A stretch of 64,000 nucleotides of DNA, from NCBI GenBank assembly GCA_963775425.1, contig CAVZJB010000007.1, positions 1-64,000 on the forward strand, written 5' to 3'. Made by a program: the position numbers and the translations under genes. The notes under the pieces are model-generated. The model worked only from the letters and a program-made list of their open reading frames with translations. It did not search any database and was not told where the DNA came from. Below, in pieces: positions 50,993-60,434 of the stretch (position 1 is the first letter of the stretch; every line of letters begins with the position of its first letter). The stretch comes from an uncultured delta proteobacterium (GTDB taxonomy: Bacteria > Myxococcota > UBA727 > VGSZ01).

Positions 50993-52441
50993 TCACGGCT
51001 GCGGCCACGTCCTCGCCATCACGTCGATGCTGTGCTCGTGCGCCCACGCGGGCTCGTCGTCGAGCAGGCGGTTGGCCTCGTCATGCGCCTCGTCGAAGCG
51101 GCCGAGCTCGGACCACGCCCGCATGGTGAGGAAGCGGGAGAGCTTGACGAGGCCGTCGCCGTCGTCGGCGGCCTTGTAGTCCTTGGCGAACTGCTTGCAG
51201 ACGTCGATGGCGTCGGCCCAGCGCTCGGCGGAGACGAGCACGGAGCAGTGGCGGAAGGCATACGTGCGCTGGAGCACCGCCGACAGGGGGTGCTTGGCGT
51301 TCCTCTCATCGAGCTCCAAGGACGCCATCTCGCGCTCGCCGTCCTTGAGCGCCTGCTCGTGGCGATGCGCCTGGTCGATCATCGCCCGCATCTGCAGGTC
51401 GATGGACTGCGCGTACATCCCGGCGGGGAACTGCGCGAGGTAGCGCTCGCCCGCCTGGAGCGCGAGGTCGCCGCGCTTGAGGATGTTGAGCGCCTGGAAG
51501 ATGTAGAACGCGGCGAGCTCCCGCGCGTTGATCACGGGCATCCCGGGCGCCGCCGGCGGCGGCACCGGCAGCTTCATCTCGTACACGCGCGAAGCGACGT
51601 CGAGGAGCGCCTGGTAGCGGAACTGCGACATCAGGCCGTTCATGGCGCTCATGGCCTGCATGTTGCGCTCCTGCGCCGGCCTCGTGACGTCGTCGACGCC
51701 GGCGAGCATGGTCTTGGTGCGCTCGTCGAGGATGGCCTTGCCCTTGCGCGCGTACCGGTCGAGGCGGCTCTCGAGGGCGCGCAGGTCGTAGAGCGCGTAG
51801 TGGAAGTCGGGGTCGAGGTCGAGGGCGCGCCTGAGGTGCTCCATCTTCTCGGTGTCCGACGCGGGCTGCAGGCTCAAGGCGTAGGCCTTGTACGCGTCCA
51901 GCGTGCGCTGCTTGTTCCTGGGCTTCCGCTTGTGGACCGGCGGGAGCTTGAGGAGGCGTCCGACGACGCTGTCCTGGAGCGTGAAGATCTCCGTGAGCGG
52001 CCCGGTGACCTTGGCGGTGGTGTCGACGACGCCGGTCTCGACGACGACGAGCCGGGCGGTGATGCGCACCTGATTGCCGGCCTTCTGGAAGCCCCCGACG
52101 ACCACGTGCGTGGCGCCCACGAGCTTGCCTGCGGCGGCGGCGGTGCTCTCGTCGGTGCCGGCCTTCTTCTGGAGCGCGATCTCGGCCAGCGCCTCATCGA
52201 TCTGGTCGCGCTCGACGACGGAGCGGTGCGCGGTCTTCAGGTCGCTGATCATGGTCTCGGCGATGCCGAGACGCAGCCAGTCGAGCGAAGGCTCCGCGTT
52301 CAGGTTCTTGAACGGCAGCACCGCCAACCGCGCCGCCCCCGCCTCCGCCAGCTCCTCGGGGTGCCCTCCCTCGAGATCCGGCGCGCGCTCTCCCGGCGCG
52401 GTCGTCATCGCGAGCAGGCCCACGACGGCAAAGGCGATCAC
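50993..52441 (-). CDS. Secreted CsgG/TolB_N-like domain plus TPR protein
   Basis: GTGA overlap with the upstream gene, signal-like N-terminus, LAVLPFKNL..GIAETMISDL..VVERDQI..GKLVGA..RITARLV, helical TPR-like C-terminus. Confidence 0.75.
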   Translation of the reverse strand: MIAFAVVGLLAMTTAPGERAPDLEGGHPEELAEAGAARLAVLPFKNLNAEPSLDWLRLGIAETMISDLKTAHRSVVERDQIDEALAEIALQKKAGTDESTAAAAGKLVGATHVVVGGFQKAGNQVRITARLVVVETGVVDTTAKVTGPLTEIFTLQDSVVGRLLKLPPVHKRKPRNKQRTLDAYKAYALSLQPASDTEKMEHLRRALDLDPDFHYALYDLRALESRLDRYARKGKAILDERTKTMLAGVDDVTRPAQERNMQAMSAMNGLMSQFRYQALLDVASRVYEMKLPVPPPAAPGMPVINARELAAFYIFQALNILKRGDLALQAGERYLAQFPAGMYAQSIDLQMRAMIDQAHRHEQALKDGEREMASLELDERNAKHPLSAVLQRTYAFRHCSVLVSAERWADAIDVCKQFAKDYKAADDGDGLVKLSRFLTMRAWSELGRFDEAHDEANRLLDDEPAWAHEHSIDVMARTWPQP

Positions 52442-54882
52442 GGCCGGACCCGCGCCTTCACGTCGAGCATGGTCTTGTTCACCGCCGCCGCGAGCTTGTC
52501 CTGCAGGGCGAAGACGTCGTCCTTCTTGCCGTCGGCCTTGGCCGCCGCGAGCACCTCGCCGCTGTCGACGTCGACGAAGCGCGCGGTGAAGCGCATGTCG
52601 CCGCCGGCGACCTGGTAGCTGCCGAGGATGGCGATCTCGGCGCCGGCAATCTTGCCGAGCTGCGCCCGCGTGGCCGGGTCGACGTACTTGGTCTGCGCGA
52701 ACTCGAGCTCGCCGATGTCGACGTCGATCTGCCCGCGCTCGATGAGCTTCACGCCGTCCGCCTGCGCGAGCTCCGTGACCACCACCTCGGCGAGCCCTTG
52801 CTTGAGGTAATCGAGCGACGCGTCGGCGCCGCTGGCCTTGAAGGGGAACACGCTCACGCGCACCGGCCCCTCGTGCCGCGCCTCGCCGCCCGGCTTCGGG
52901 GGTGGAGCGGGGGCCGGCTCCCCGCGGCTCGCGAGCATTTGTGACGGCGCAGCGGCGACGCCCGCGTCGCCGGCGGCGTGTGCTTCGTCCCAGGGGTGCA
53001 AGAGCAACGCGGCGACGACGACGACGCCCGCGAGCAGACCGCCCGCCGCCCCGAGGGCGAGCGCGCTCCGGCCGCCGCCCGCCGCGCGCACCGGCGGGGG
53101 CGGCGGGGGCGCCCGCGGCATCGACACCGTCGGCACGGTCTGGGTTGGCTCGGGCGCGGGACGAGCCGGGAATTCCCCCGAGCGCGTGCGCCCCGACGAC
53201 GGCAGCGTCGCGTCGTCGGGCGGCAGGGTCGCGCGCGGGTCGCCGTAGAGCACGTACCCGGCGAACGACAGCGACGAGGCGTGCACCTGCGCCAGCGCCC
53301 GCCGCGCCCGCCGCGCGCACTCGCCGAAGGGCACGCCCGACAGCGCCGCCTCGTAGAAGCGCAGCGCGAACGACAGCGCGTCGGCGTCGGGGACGCCCCA
53401 CATCGGCGCGAGCGTATGGCGCACGCCCGAGAGCAGGAGCGCCTGCGCCAGCGACGACGCCGCCGGCGCGTCGCCGACCTGGGGATCGCCCGGGCCGAGC
53501 GCGTGCCAGCGCTCCGACGTCGACGCGTGGCAGCCGTTGGCGAACACCAGGAGCGGCGCGCTCTCGCGCATCGCCGCCGTCACGTCCCGCGCCGTCACCA
53601 CGCCGTCGGCGACGACGAAGCCGCCCTCGCCCGCGGCGCCGCCGCGCACCACGTGCCCCGCGAAGTGCAGCACCCGCGCGCGCGCCGCCAGCGCCAGGAA
53701 CTGCGCGCGATCGATGGCGCCGCTGTGGTGCACCACGCGCCCCGGCGCCGCCGACGAAAACAGCTTCTCGACGACGCGCCCCTCCTCCTCGGCGTGCGGC
53801 AGGTCCCCCGACGGGTTCGCCACGACCACGATCTCGCGCGCCGACGTCGACGGCGGCGGCACCGCGGCGTCCGCCCGCGCCGTCACCATCCGCCCCACGG
53901 AGAACCGGCAGCCGAGGAAGTCGGTGCCGTCGTGCAACAGCTCCCACGGCACGTGCACCAGCGTGTCCTCGACGTGCAGCCGCACCGTGTGCCGCCCCGT
54001 TTCGCGGATGCGCTTCTGCACGCGCTCGGGCAGCGCGCGGTCGAACAGCGCGCGGCCGCGCTCGACGAGCGCCTCGACGTACGCGCCCTGCCCGCCGTCG
54101 TGCGCGAGCACCGCGAACGGCTCCGGCAGCGCGTCGATCTCCTCGAGCGACAGCGGCACGTCCGCGTACGCCTTCACCGTGCCGCGCTCGGCCTCGCCGT
54201 CCATGGCGGCGACGCGCAGCCCGGTGGGGCCGCGATCGATCTCGATGATGAACAGCTCCTGCGCCGCCGGCGACAGCGCCGCCGCGTTCGCCTTGTCCTC
54301 GGGGCGCCAGGCGACCGCCACCACCGGCACCGGCGCGCTCTTGCCCTTGGCCGCGAGCGGGCGGCGCGGCGCGACCACCGGCCGCCCCGCGGCAGGCAGC
54401 GCGTCGAGGAGCGCCTGCGACACGAGCACCTCGTCGCCGTCGGCGGCGCTCGCGACCCGGGCGGCCGTGTTGACGGTGTCGCCGAAGACGTCGTCGCCGT
54501 CCTTGAGCACCCGGCCGAAGTGAACGCCGACGCGGATGCGGATGCGCTCCACCGCCGCCGTCCCCGTCTCCTGCGCGAGCTTGTCCTGCAGCGCCACCGC
54601 GCAGGCGACGCCGTCGGCGGCCTTCTCGAAGACCGCCATGATGGAGTCGCCGATGGTCTTCACCACCCGGCCGGCGTGCTGCTTCACCACCGGGAACAGC
54701 AGGTCGTTGTGGCGATGGACGAGCGCGAGGCCCTCGATGTCGCCGCGCTGCTCGAAGTACGCCGTGGAGCCGACGATGTCCGTGAACAGCACCGCCATCT
54801 CCACGGCGTGCCGCTCGAGGAGCGCGCGATCGATCTCGCGCCGTTTCTCGATGAGCTCCTGCAGGTCGTCTTCGAGCGCCAC
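52438..54882 (-). CDS. Class III adenylate cyclase - CHAT (caspase-like) protease - TM - CsgG/TolB_N-like fusion
   Basis: LFTDIVGST, VKTIGDS, DVFGDTVNTAARV; VPWELL, NPSGDLPHAEEE, LHFAGH, FANGC, YVLYGDP; one TM helix; VSVFPFK..LIERGQID..GKIAGA. Confidence 0.85.
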   Translation of the reverse strand: MALEDDLQELIEKRREIDRALLERHAVEMAVLFTDIVGSTAYFEQRGDIEGLALVHRHNDLLFPVVKQHAGRVVKTIGDSIMAVFEKAADGVACAVALQDKLAQETGTAAVERIRIRVGVHFGRVLKDGDDVFGDTVNTAARVASAADGDEVLVSQALLDALPAAGRPVVAPRRPLAAKGKSAPVPVVAVAWRPEDKANAAALSPAAQELFIIEIDRGPTGLRVAAMDGEAERGTVKAYADVPLSLEEIDALPEPFAVLAHDGGQGAYVEALVERGRALFDRALPERVQKRIRETGRHTVRLHVEDTLVHVPWELLHDGTDFLGCRFSVGRMVTARADAAVPPPSTSAREIVVVANPSGDLPHAEEEGRVVEKLFSSAAPGRVVHHSGAIDRAQFLALAARARVLHFAGHVVRGGAAGEGGFVVADGVVTARDVTAAMRESAPLLVFANGCHASTSERWHALGPGDPQVGDAPAASSLAQALLLSGVRHTLAPMWGVPDADALSFALRFYEAALSGVPFGECARRARRALAQVHASSLSFAGYVLYGDPRATLPPDDATLPSSGRTRSGEFPARPAPEPTQTVPTVSMPRAPPPPPPVRAAGGGRSALALGAAGGLLAGVVVVAALLLHPWDEAHAAGDAGVAAAPSQMLASRGEPAPAPPPKPGGEARHEGPVRVSVFPFKASGADASLDYLKQGLAEVVVTELAQADGVKLIERGQIDVDIGELEFAQTKYVDPATRAQLGKIAGAEIAILGSYQVAGGDMRFTARFVDVDSGEVLAAAKADGKKDDVFALQDKLAAAVNKTMLDVKARVRP

Positions 54883-54888
54883 GCGGGC

Positions 54889-54894
54889 AGCCTA
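54889..54894 (-). promoter_or_regulatory. -10 hexamer TAGGCT 6 nt upstream of the cyclase-CHAT GTG start (putative leaderless)
   Basis: TAGGCT-gcccgc-GTG with no SD. Confidence 0.5.
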
Positions 54895-54967
54895 GCGTGC
54901 CCCACCGCGCCGTTGTCGGTGTCCGCGCGCACGTCGGCCCGGCCGCGGAGCGCCGGGGGCGCGGGGC

Positions 54968-55759
54968 CTACGGCTTGCGCGCGCTCAGGAAGATGCGCTT
55001 GAGCGTGTAGAAGTAGGGGCGATCGTCGTCGAGCCGCGCCAGCAGCCGCTCGCTGTAGCGGGCGACGAAGTCGGCGTAGAGCGCCTCGCTCAAGCGCGCC
55101 TTGACGTCGGTGAGCATGGCGCCCTTGACCCACTCGATGACGCCGTCGCGCGAGGGCATCTCGTGCACGTAGACGCGCAGGAAGACGTCGACGTCCAAGA
55201 GCCCGAGCTTCGACAGGAGCACCGCGTAACGCTCGGGCGCGAGTATGTGTTGCCGCGGCCCCTCCCCGCCGAGCGGCGCCGCAAACGGCGCCTCGCGGGC
55301 GAGCTCGGCGGCGACGACGTGGTCGGGGTGGTCCTGGTTGGCCGGCATCTGCACCGCGAGCTGCCCGCCCGGCGCCAGCAGCCCCACGAGCCGCGCGAAC
55401 AGCGCCTCGTGATCGGGCACCCATTGCAGCGCGGCGTTCGACAAGACCACGTCGAAGTCCACGACGCCCTCCGCGCCGTCGGGGAAGCGCGCGATGTCCG
55501 CGTGCGCGAACGCGAGGCCGTCGACGACGAGCGCGCCGGCGCGAGCGAGCATGGCCTCGCTGTTGTCCAGGCCGAGGGTGGAGCGCGCCTTCAATTCGTC
55601 ATGGGCGAAGCGCGTGTTTTCGCCGGTGCCGCAGCCAAGGTCGACGACGCGCATGCCGGGCTTGGCCGCGACCGTGGCGAGCAGATCGAAGAAGGGCTTC
55701 TTGCGCTGCTCGCGGAAGCGCTCGTACTGCGCGGGGTCCCAGGCGTCGCCGGTGCTCAT
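54968..55759 (-). CDS. tam: Trans-aconitate 2-methyltransferase-like
   Basis: WDPAQYERF, VVDLGCGTG, SNAALQWVPDH, LAVQMP. Confidence 0.85.
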   Translation of the reverse strand: MSTGDAWDPAQYERFREQRKKPFFDLLATVAAKPGMRVVDLGCGTGENTRFAHDELKARSTLGLDNSEAMLARAGALVVDGLAFAHADIARFPDGAEGVVDFDVVLSNAALQWVPDHEALFARLVGLLAPGGQLAVQMPANQDHPDHVVAAELAREAPFAAPLGGEGPRQHILAPERYAVLLSKLGLLDVDVFLRVYVHEMPSRDGVIEWVKGAMLTDVKARLSEALYADFVARYSERLLARLDDDRPYFYTLKRIFLSARKP

Positions 55760-56196
55760 GAGATGATCGTCTGGAGGGCCGTGTGCACGTCCTTGTTCTC
55801 GAGGCACACGGCGCGGATGGCGGGGAGCATCTGCTCGATGCTGGCGATGTTGGCGTAGACGCAGTTGGCGACGAGGCCTTCCGTGGGCTCCTCGCCCTCG
55901 ATGTCCAGGCTGGTCTTGAAGCGGATGAGCCCGGTGTCGACGTCGAGCTCGAGGTTGCCGAGCACGTGGCCGTAGTTGAGGCGCGCCATCAATTCCAACG
56001 CGGGCGCCATCCGCTCTCGTGGGACCTCGACGGGGCACAGCGCGTAGAACGCGAGCACCCCCGTGTCCTCGTCGACGCGGACCAGCCCTTGAAAGCGTCC
56101 GCTCTCTCCGCTGAAGGCCACGTGCAGGTGCTCGTGGTCTTCGCTCTCGATGTCGATGTGCTCACTCGCGAGGAAGGACAGGACGACGTCGCGCAT
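55756..56196 (-). CDS. YbjN-domain protein
   Basis: ELMARLNYGHVLGNLELDVDTGLIRFK. Confidence 0.8.
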   Translation of the reverse strand: MRDVVLSFLASEHIDIESEDHEHLHVAFSGESGRFQGLVRVDEDTGVLAFYALCPVEVPRERMAPALELMARLNYGHVLGNLELDVDTGLIRFKTSLDIEGEEPTEGLVANCVYANIASIEQMLPAIRAVCLENKDVHTALQTIIS

Positions 56197-56227
56197 GAAC
56201 TATGCTTACGGTCCACGCGCCTGAACG

Positions 56228-57241
56228 TCATCCCCCTTGCGTGAGCACGAGGTCGACTTGCCCCACGCTGTTGGGCGGCAGGTCCACCGGCACGCTCGCT
56301 GCGTAGTCCGTGCCGACGGCGCGGGCGCGCACGGTGTAGGTCCCGGGGACGAACGTTCGCCGCACGACGTTGGCGGCGCCGCAGTCGACGTCGAGGGAGT
56401 CCTCGGGGGAGGTGAAGCCGTCGCGCTGGAACGAGAGCGACACGGTGTCGACGCCGGCGCTCGCGCACGTCTGGTCGGCGAACGTCCACGCCACGTCGAA
56501 GTCGGAGAAGTTGTCCGCCACGCGCGGCATGGCGATGTCGCCGACATCGGTGGTCTGGTCGGCGAGCACGTCGACGACGATGTCGCCGCTGTCGTACAGG
56601 AGCACATCGGCGCCGTTGTAGCTGCCGTAGGCCTGCAGGCGCAGCGTGTACCGGCCCTCGTTCAGGTTGTTGATGTCGAGGCCCTGGTGCTGCGGATCGC
56701 AGATCGACGTCTGGTCGAACTCCTCGCCGTTCGCGCCGTCGGGCGTCACGAACACGTCGACGAGGTCGACGCCGGCGAGCGCGCAGTCCGTGACGTCGTC
56801 GTTGTCGGTGGGGTAGAGGAAGGACCAGAAGAAGCCGAGCGTCCCCTCGCCGGTGGAGCTGTTGGTCGGGTCGAGCTCGATGACGCCGGCGTAGTTCTCC
56901 TGGCCGCCGAAGACGTGGATGGTAAAGGCGCCGTGGTAGATGATGACGCCGTTGTGGTCGACGGCGCTGACGTCGACGCCGTAGACGCCCGCGCGGAGGT
57001 CCGTGAATGTGAGCCCGCCGCCGACGCAGGACTCCTCGTCCTGGATCACGACCTCGCCGAAGTCGTCGGTGATGACGACGTCGACGAAGTCGACGTTCGC
57101 GTTGGCGCAGTCGCTCTCGCCGCCGAAGCTCCAGTCGAACGCCAGGTCGCCGAAGGGGCTCGGCGGCGGCGGGCTCTCATGGACGATGCAGCCGGTGGAG
57201 ACGACGACGAGCGCGAGGGAGGCCAGCAGGGCGAAGCGCAT
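56228..57241 (-). CDS. Lipoprotein with three Cys-containing beta-sandwich repeats
   Basis: Lipobox STGC, three W-x-F...C..A(G/N)VD repeats. Confidence 0.7.
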   Translation of the reverse strand: MRFALLASLALVVVSTGCIVHESPPPPSPFGDLAFDWSFGGESDCANANVDFVDVVITDDFGEVVIQDEESCVGGGLTFTDLRAGVYGVDVSAVDHNGVIIYHGAFTIHVFGGQENYAGVIELDPTNSSTGEGTLGFFWSFLYPTDNDDVTDCALAGVDLVDVFVTPDGANGEEFDQTSICDPQHQGLDINNLNEGRYTLRLQAYGSYNGADVLLYDSGDIVVDVLADQTTDVGDIAMPRVADNFSDFDVAWTFADQTCASAGVDTVSLSFQRDGFTSPEDSLDVDCGAANVVRRTFVPGTYTVRARAVGTDYAASVPVDLPPNSVGQVDLVLTQGG

Positions 57242-57336
57242 GGGGGTCACCATGTGGGCATGGACGCCCGGATCGGGGTTCCCATTCAGCCGAGCACGCT
57301 TTGTGCCGACGATCACAAGCCCGCGCCGGACGCCCC

Positions 57337-58794
57337 TCAGGCGCGAAAGACCACGACGCCCGCGTCCTTCTCGGTCTCGCTGGCCTCGGAGCGCTCCTTC
57401 TTGAGCGCCTCGACCTCGGCCTCGAGGTCGCGGAAGCGGTACTGTGCCCGCTCGCCCTTCTCCACGGCGTCGAGGTCGATGTCGCCGCCGAGGGCGACCA
57501 CCTCCTGGCGGATCTTCTTTTCGTCCGGCTCGATGCCCGTGGCGTCGCGCCAGGCCTTCTTCAGCTCGCCGTCGGTGACGCCCTGGTCGCGCTGGGTGGC
57601 GTCGAGCACGGTCTTGAGCACGGCGCGGCGGGCGTTTTCGTTCTGGGCCTTCTTCTGCCGCCTGCCCTTGGTGGCCCACCGCAGCAGCGGGAGCGCGAAC
57701 AGGGCCGTGGAGAACACGAGCGGGATGATGCCCAGCACGATGGGGGTGCCGTCGTAGGGGATGGGGATCCACGGCACGTGCGAGCCCCAGTGGTCGATGA
57801 TCTGCGCGATGCGGGCGACCGTGAGGTTGGAGCCGAACGCGACGAGGCTCATGAACAGGTTGAAGGCGTTGAGGCCGCCGATGAGCAGGTTGCTCCCGGA
57901 GTCGTTGCCGGTGACGGGCGGCGCGTCGACGCGCTCGGTCCACACCGGTGACGGCGGGCGGTCGAACGCCGTCTGCTGCGCGGTGCGGCGCAGCGCGGGG
58001 AACTTGTAGAAGATGCCGCCGTCCTCGCTGACCTCGACCTCGCCCTCGTAGTCGAGCATCAGGCGCGCCATCAACGGATCGGCCTCTTCGCGCGGGAGCC
58101 CGGTGACGCGCATGACGTCGCCGATGCCCACGCGCCCCGAGCTCGCGCGGATCTGCGTGAGGATGCGCCGCTCCATCTCGCGCGCGTCGGGCTTTTTGTC
58201 CTCGGGACCGAACACGAAGCGGTTCACGCGCTCGTAGAACGGGGCCTTGGCCGAGCGCCGCGAGCGCTGCCGCGACCGCGCGTAGTAGTCACCCGCGTAA
58301 AACGGCGAGAAGGGATGGAACGTCCAGAAGAACGCCTCGCTCAACACGCGCACCAGCGCGAACACGATGCCGCCGGCGTTGCCGCCGCCGCGGCGGTTGT
58401 CGTTCCCGCCGAACATCAACGCGAGCGCGATGCCGATGAACACGGCCACGTACGCCACGAGCACGATGGAGATCCACGCGCGGACGACGAGCTTGGCCGC
58501 GCCCATGACGCCGCGCTTGAGCTTTTCGAAGAAGCGCACCACGCCGGGCCGCTTGGTGAGCGGCAGCGAGAAGCCGTAGGGGAAGCGGAAGAGGAGCTCG
58601 CCCTTGTCGGTGGCCGACAGGGTCCCGCGGTACTTGCTCGACAGGTGGTGCAGCCCGAGCTCCGCCTCGCGCAAGGCGACGCCGCCCTTGGCGGCGGCGT
58701 CCGCGACGGTCAAATCCCCTTTGTGGCCGCGCAGGGCGGCCTCGAGGATCTCCGCGGCCTTTTCGGCCTCGAGCGTGCGGACCTTTTCGGCCAT
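57337..58794 (-). CDS. Uncharacterised membrane protein (resembles the At5g03900/cyanobacterial family)
   Basis: LTVADAAAKGG, GELLFRFP, FYERVNRFVFG, RLMLDYEGEVEVSEDGGIFYKFPAL, GGLNAFNL. Confidence 0.6.
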   Translation of the reverse strand: MAEKVRTLEAEKAAEILEAALRGHKGDLTVADAAAKGGVALREAELGLHHLSSKYRGTLSATDKGELLFRFPYGFSLPLTKRPGVVRFFEKLKRGVMGAAKLVVRAWISIVLVAYVAVFIGIALALMFGGNDNRRGGGNAGGIVFALVRVLSEAFFWTFHPFSPFYAGDYYARSRQRSRRSAKAPFYERVNRFVFGPEDKKPDAREMERRILTQIRASSGRVGIGDVMRVTGLPREEADPLMARLMLDYEGEVEVSEDGGIFYKFPALRRTAQQTAFDRPPSPVWTERVDAPPVTGNDSGSNLLIGGLNAFNLFMSLVAFGSNLTVARIAQIIDHWGSHVPWIPIPYDGTPIVLGIIPLVFSTALFALPLLRWATKGRRQKKAQNENARRAVLKTVLDATQRDQGVTDGELKKAWRDATGIEPDEKKIRQEVVALGGDIDLDAVEKGERAQYRFRDLEAEVEALKKERSEASETEKDAGVVVFRA

Positions 58795-58961
58795 GAGGCA
58801 GTCATAGTCTCACGGCCGACATAAACAAGGACGGTCCAAACGCCCCCGCCCTTCTTGTCGCTCTCGACGTAGACGCCGGGCGCGGAGATGTCGACGGCGT
58901 GGTGTCGAGGTCGAGCATCGCGCAAGCAGTGAGCGCGGCGGCGGGCGCGTACGGACGAGGC

Positions 58962-59049
58962 TGGTGCCGGGGGCGGGACTCGAACCCGCACGGAGCTCGC
59001 GCTCCCGTCGATTTTAAGTCGACTGCGTCTGCCGTTTCGCCACCCCGGC
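58962..59049 (-). tRNA. tRNA-Leu(TAA)
   Basis: GCCGGGG/CCCCGGC acceptor stem, anticodon arm GTCGA-CTTAAAA-TCGAC, long variable arm, GGTTCGAGTCC T-loop, encoded CCA. Confidence 0.97.
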
Positions 59050-59116
59050 CCGCCGACGCCGTCGACGAGGAACGGCGATGTTACAGCGACAGCAGGGGCG
59101 CGAAAGGAGGTCGCTC

Positions 59117-59357
59117 ATGATTCGCAAAGCCAACGCCCTGTGGCGCGGCGGGCTCAAAGACGGCGGGGGCACCGTGTCGACGGAGTCCGGCGCCGTCGAC
59201 GCCACGCTCAAGGCCGCCTCCCGCTTCGGCGGCGAGCCCGGCACCAACCCGAGGAGCTCGTCGCCGCCGCCCACGCGCCCGGCGTCGACGCCGCCGAATT
59301 GTCCGAATCTCGCGCCTGCTGCACGCGAAGGTGACCATGGAGGCGCGCTTGGTGTGA
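59117..59357 (+). pseudogene. osmC: Decayed OsmC peroxiredoxin
   Basis: AGGAGG SD, MIRKANALWRGGLKDGGGTVSTESG..GTNP, shifted EELVAAAHA, then PGVDAA and NCP(I)SRLLHAKVTMEARLV-stop. The middle of the gene is missing. Confidence 0.75.
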
Positions 59358-59370
59358 GGCGCGGCCGAGA

Positions 59371-60429
59371 CTACGGGCAGCCGGGGGCGGGGTCGTTGTC
59401 GTTGATCCCCGGGCACTGCTGGTCCTTGGGCTGGCCGACGATGAAGTCGGCGTCGCACTCGCACAGGCAGTCCTCGAGGTTCGACGGCTCGGCGCACTGG
59501 AGCGTCACCGTCGCCGTCATCTCGTGGGTGCGCCCGCAATCCTCGCCCGCGCGCGGCAGCTCCGTGGCGCGCAACTGGAGCTGGTAGGGCTGCCCCTCGG
59601 CGTCGCGGCTCGAGGTGATGCTCGGGCAGACGTCGAGGTTCGCGAAGTTCGACAGCGTGTCCGGCGCCACCGGCACGCCGAAGCCGTCGGGGCCCTGCTC
59701 GAGGAGCACGGGCCTGCCCTCGCTCGAGATGATGCGGGGCGGGTCCTCGCATTGATCGAACAGCGCCGCCGAGAGCTGCAGGTTGCACGTCACGTTCTTC
59801 GCGCGCACGCCGACGAGCGTGGCCTTGCCGCCCTGCGGCGGCAGGATGAGCGGGATGGTGCCGTTGTCGATGTCGACGTCGGCGAAGGTGCCGTCGGGCT
59901 CCCGCTCGATGAGCACCAGCACCGCGTCCGCCGCCGGCGGCGTGGCGCATGTGGGCGCGGCGGGAGCGGCGGCGGTCTGGTCGCCGCCGAAGCAGACGTC
60001 GCCGGCGGCGCAGTCGGCGTCGACGCTGCAGGCGTCGCCGTGCACGTCGAAGTCGCCGACCACGCAGCGCGCGCACGCGCCGACCTCCTCGAGCGGCACG
60101 CACGGGTCGGTGTTCTTCGGGTCGGCCTCGTCGGGGACGCCGTCGCCGTCGGCGTCGCTCTTGTCGGACTCGAGGGCGTCGATGACGCCGTCGCCGTCGC
60201 TGTCCTTCGGGGCTTCGGCGTCGCCCACCTCGGCGCCGTCGCTCTTGCCGTCGCCGTCGGTGTCCTTGGCGTGGGGGTTTGTGCCGAGCGTCTCCTCGAC
60301 GGCGTTGCTCAGGCCGTCGCCGTCGTCGTCGGGCTCGCAGCCGACGAGCGCGACGACCGCGGCGAGCGCGGCGAGCAGGAATTGCGACCGGGGGGAGCGG
60401 CCGCGCGGGGTTCGGTGTCGGTCGGGCAC
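59371..60429 (-). CDS. Lipoprotein with thrombospondin type-3-like Ca-binding repeats and Cys-rich domain
   Basis: Lipobox LVGC, DGDGLSNAVE..DTDGDGKSDGAE..DSDGDG. Start uncertain. Confidence 0.7.
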   Translation of the reverse strand: MPDRHRTPRGRSPRSQFLLAALAAVVALVGCEPDDDGDGLSNAVEETLGTNPHAKDTDGDGKSDGAEVGDAEAPKDSDGDGVIDALESDKSDADGDGVPDEADPKNTDPCVPLEEVGACARCVVGDFDVHGDACSVDADCAAGDVCFGGDQTAAAPAAPTCATPPAADAVLVLIEREPDGTFADVDIDNGTIPLILPPQGGKATLVGVRAKNVTCNLQLSAALFDQCEDPPRIISSEGRPVLLEQGPDGFGVPVAPDTLSNFANLDVCPSITSSRDAEGQPYQLQLRATELPRAGEDCGRTHEMTATVTLQCAEPSNLEDCLCECDADFIVGQPKDQQCPGINDNDPAPGCP

Positions 60430-60434
60430 GAGGG

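Noticed and set aside
58795-59370. tRNA as an integration site for an island or prophage
   Set aside because: No integrase, no duplicated tRNA 3' end noticed, and no obvious composition shift.
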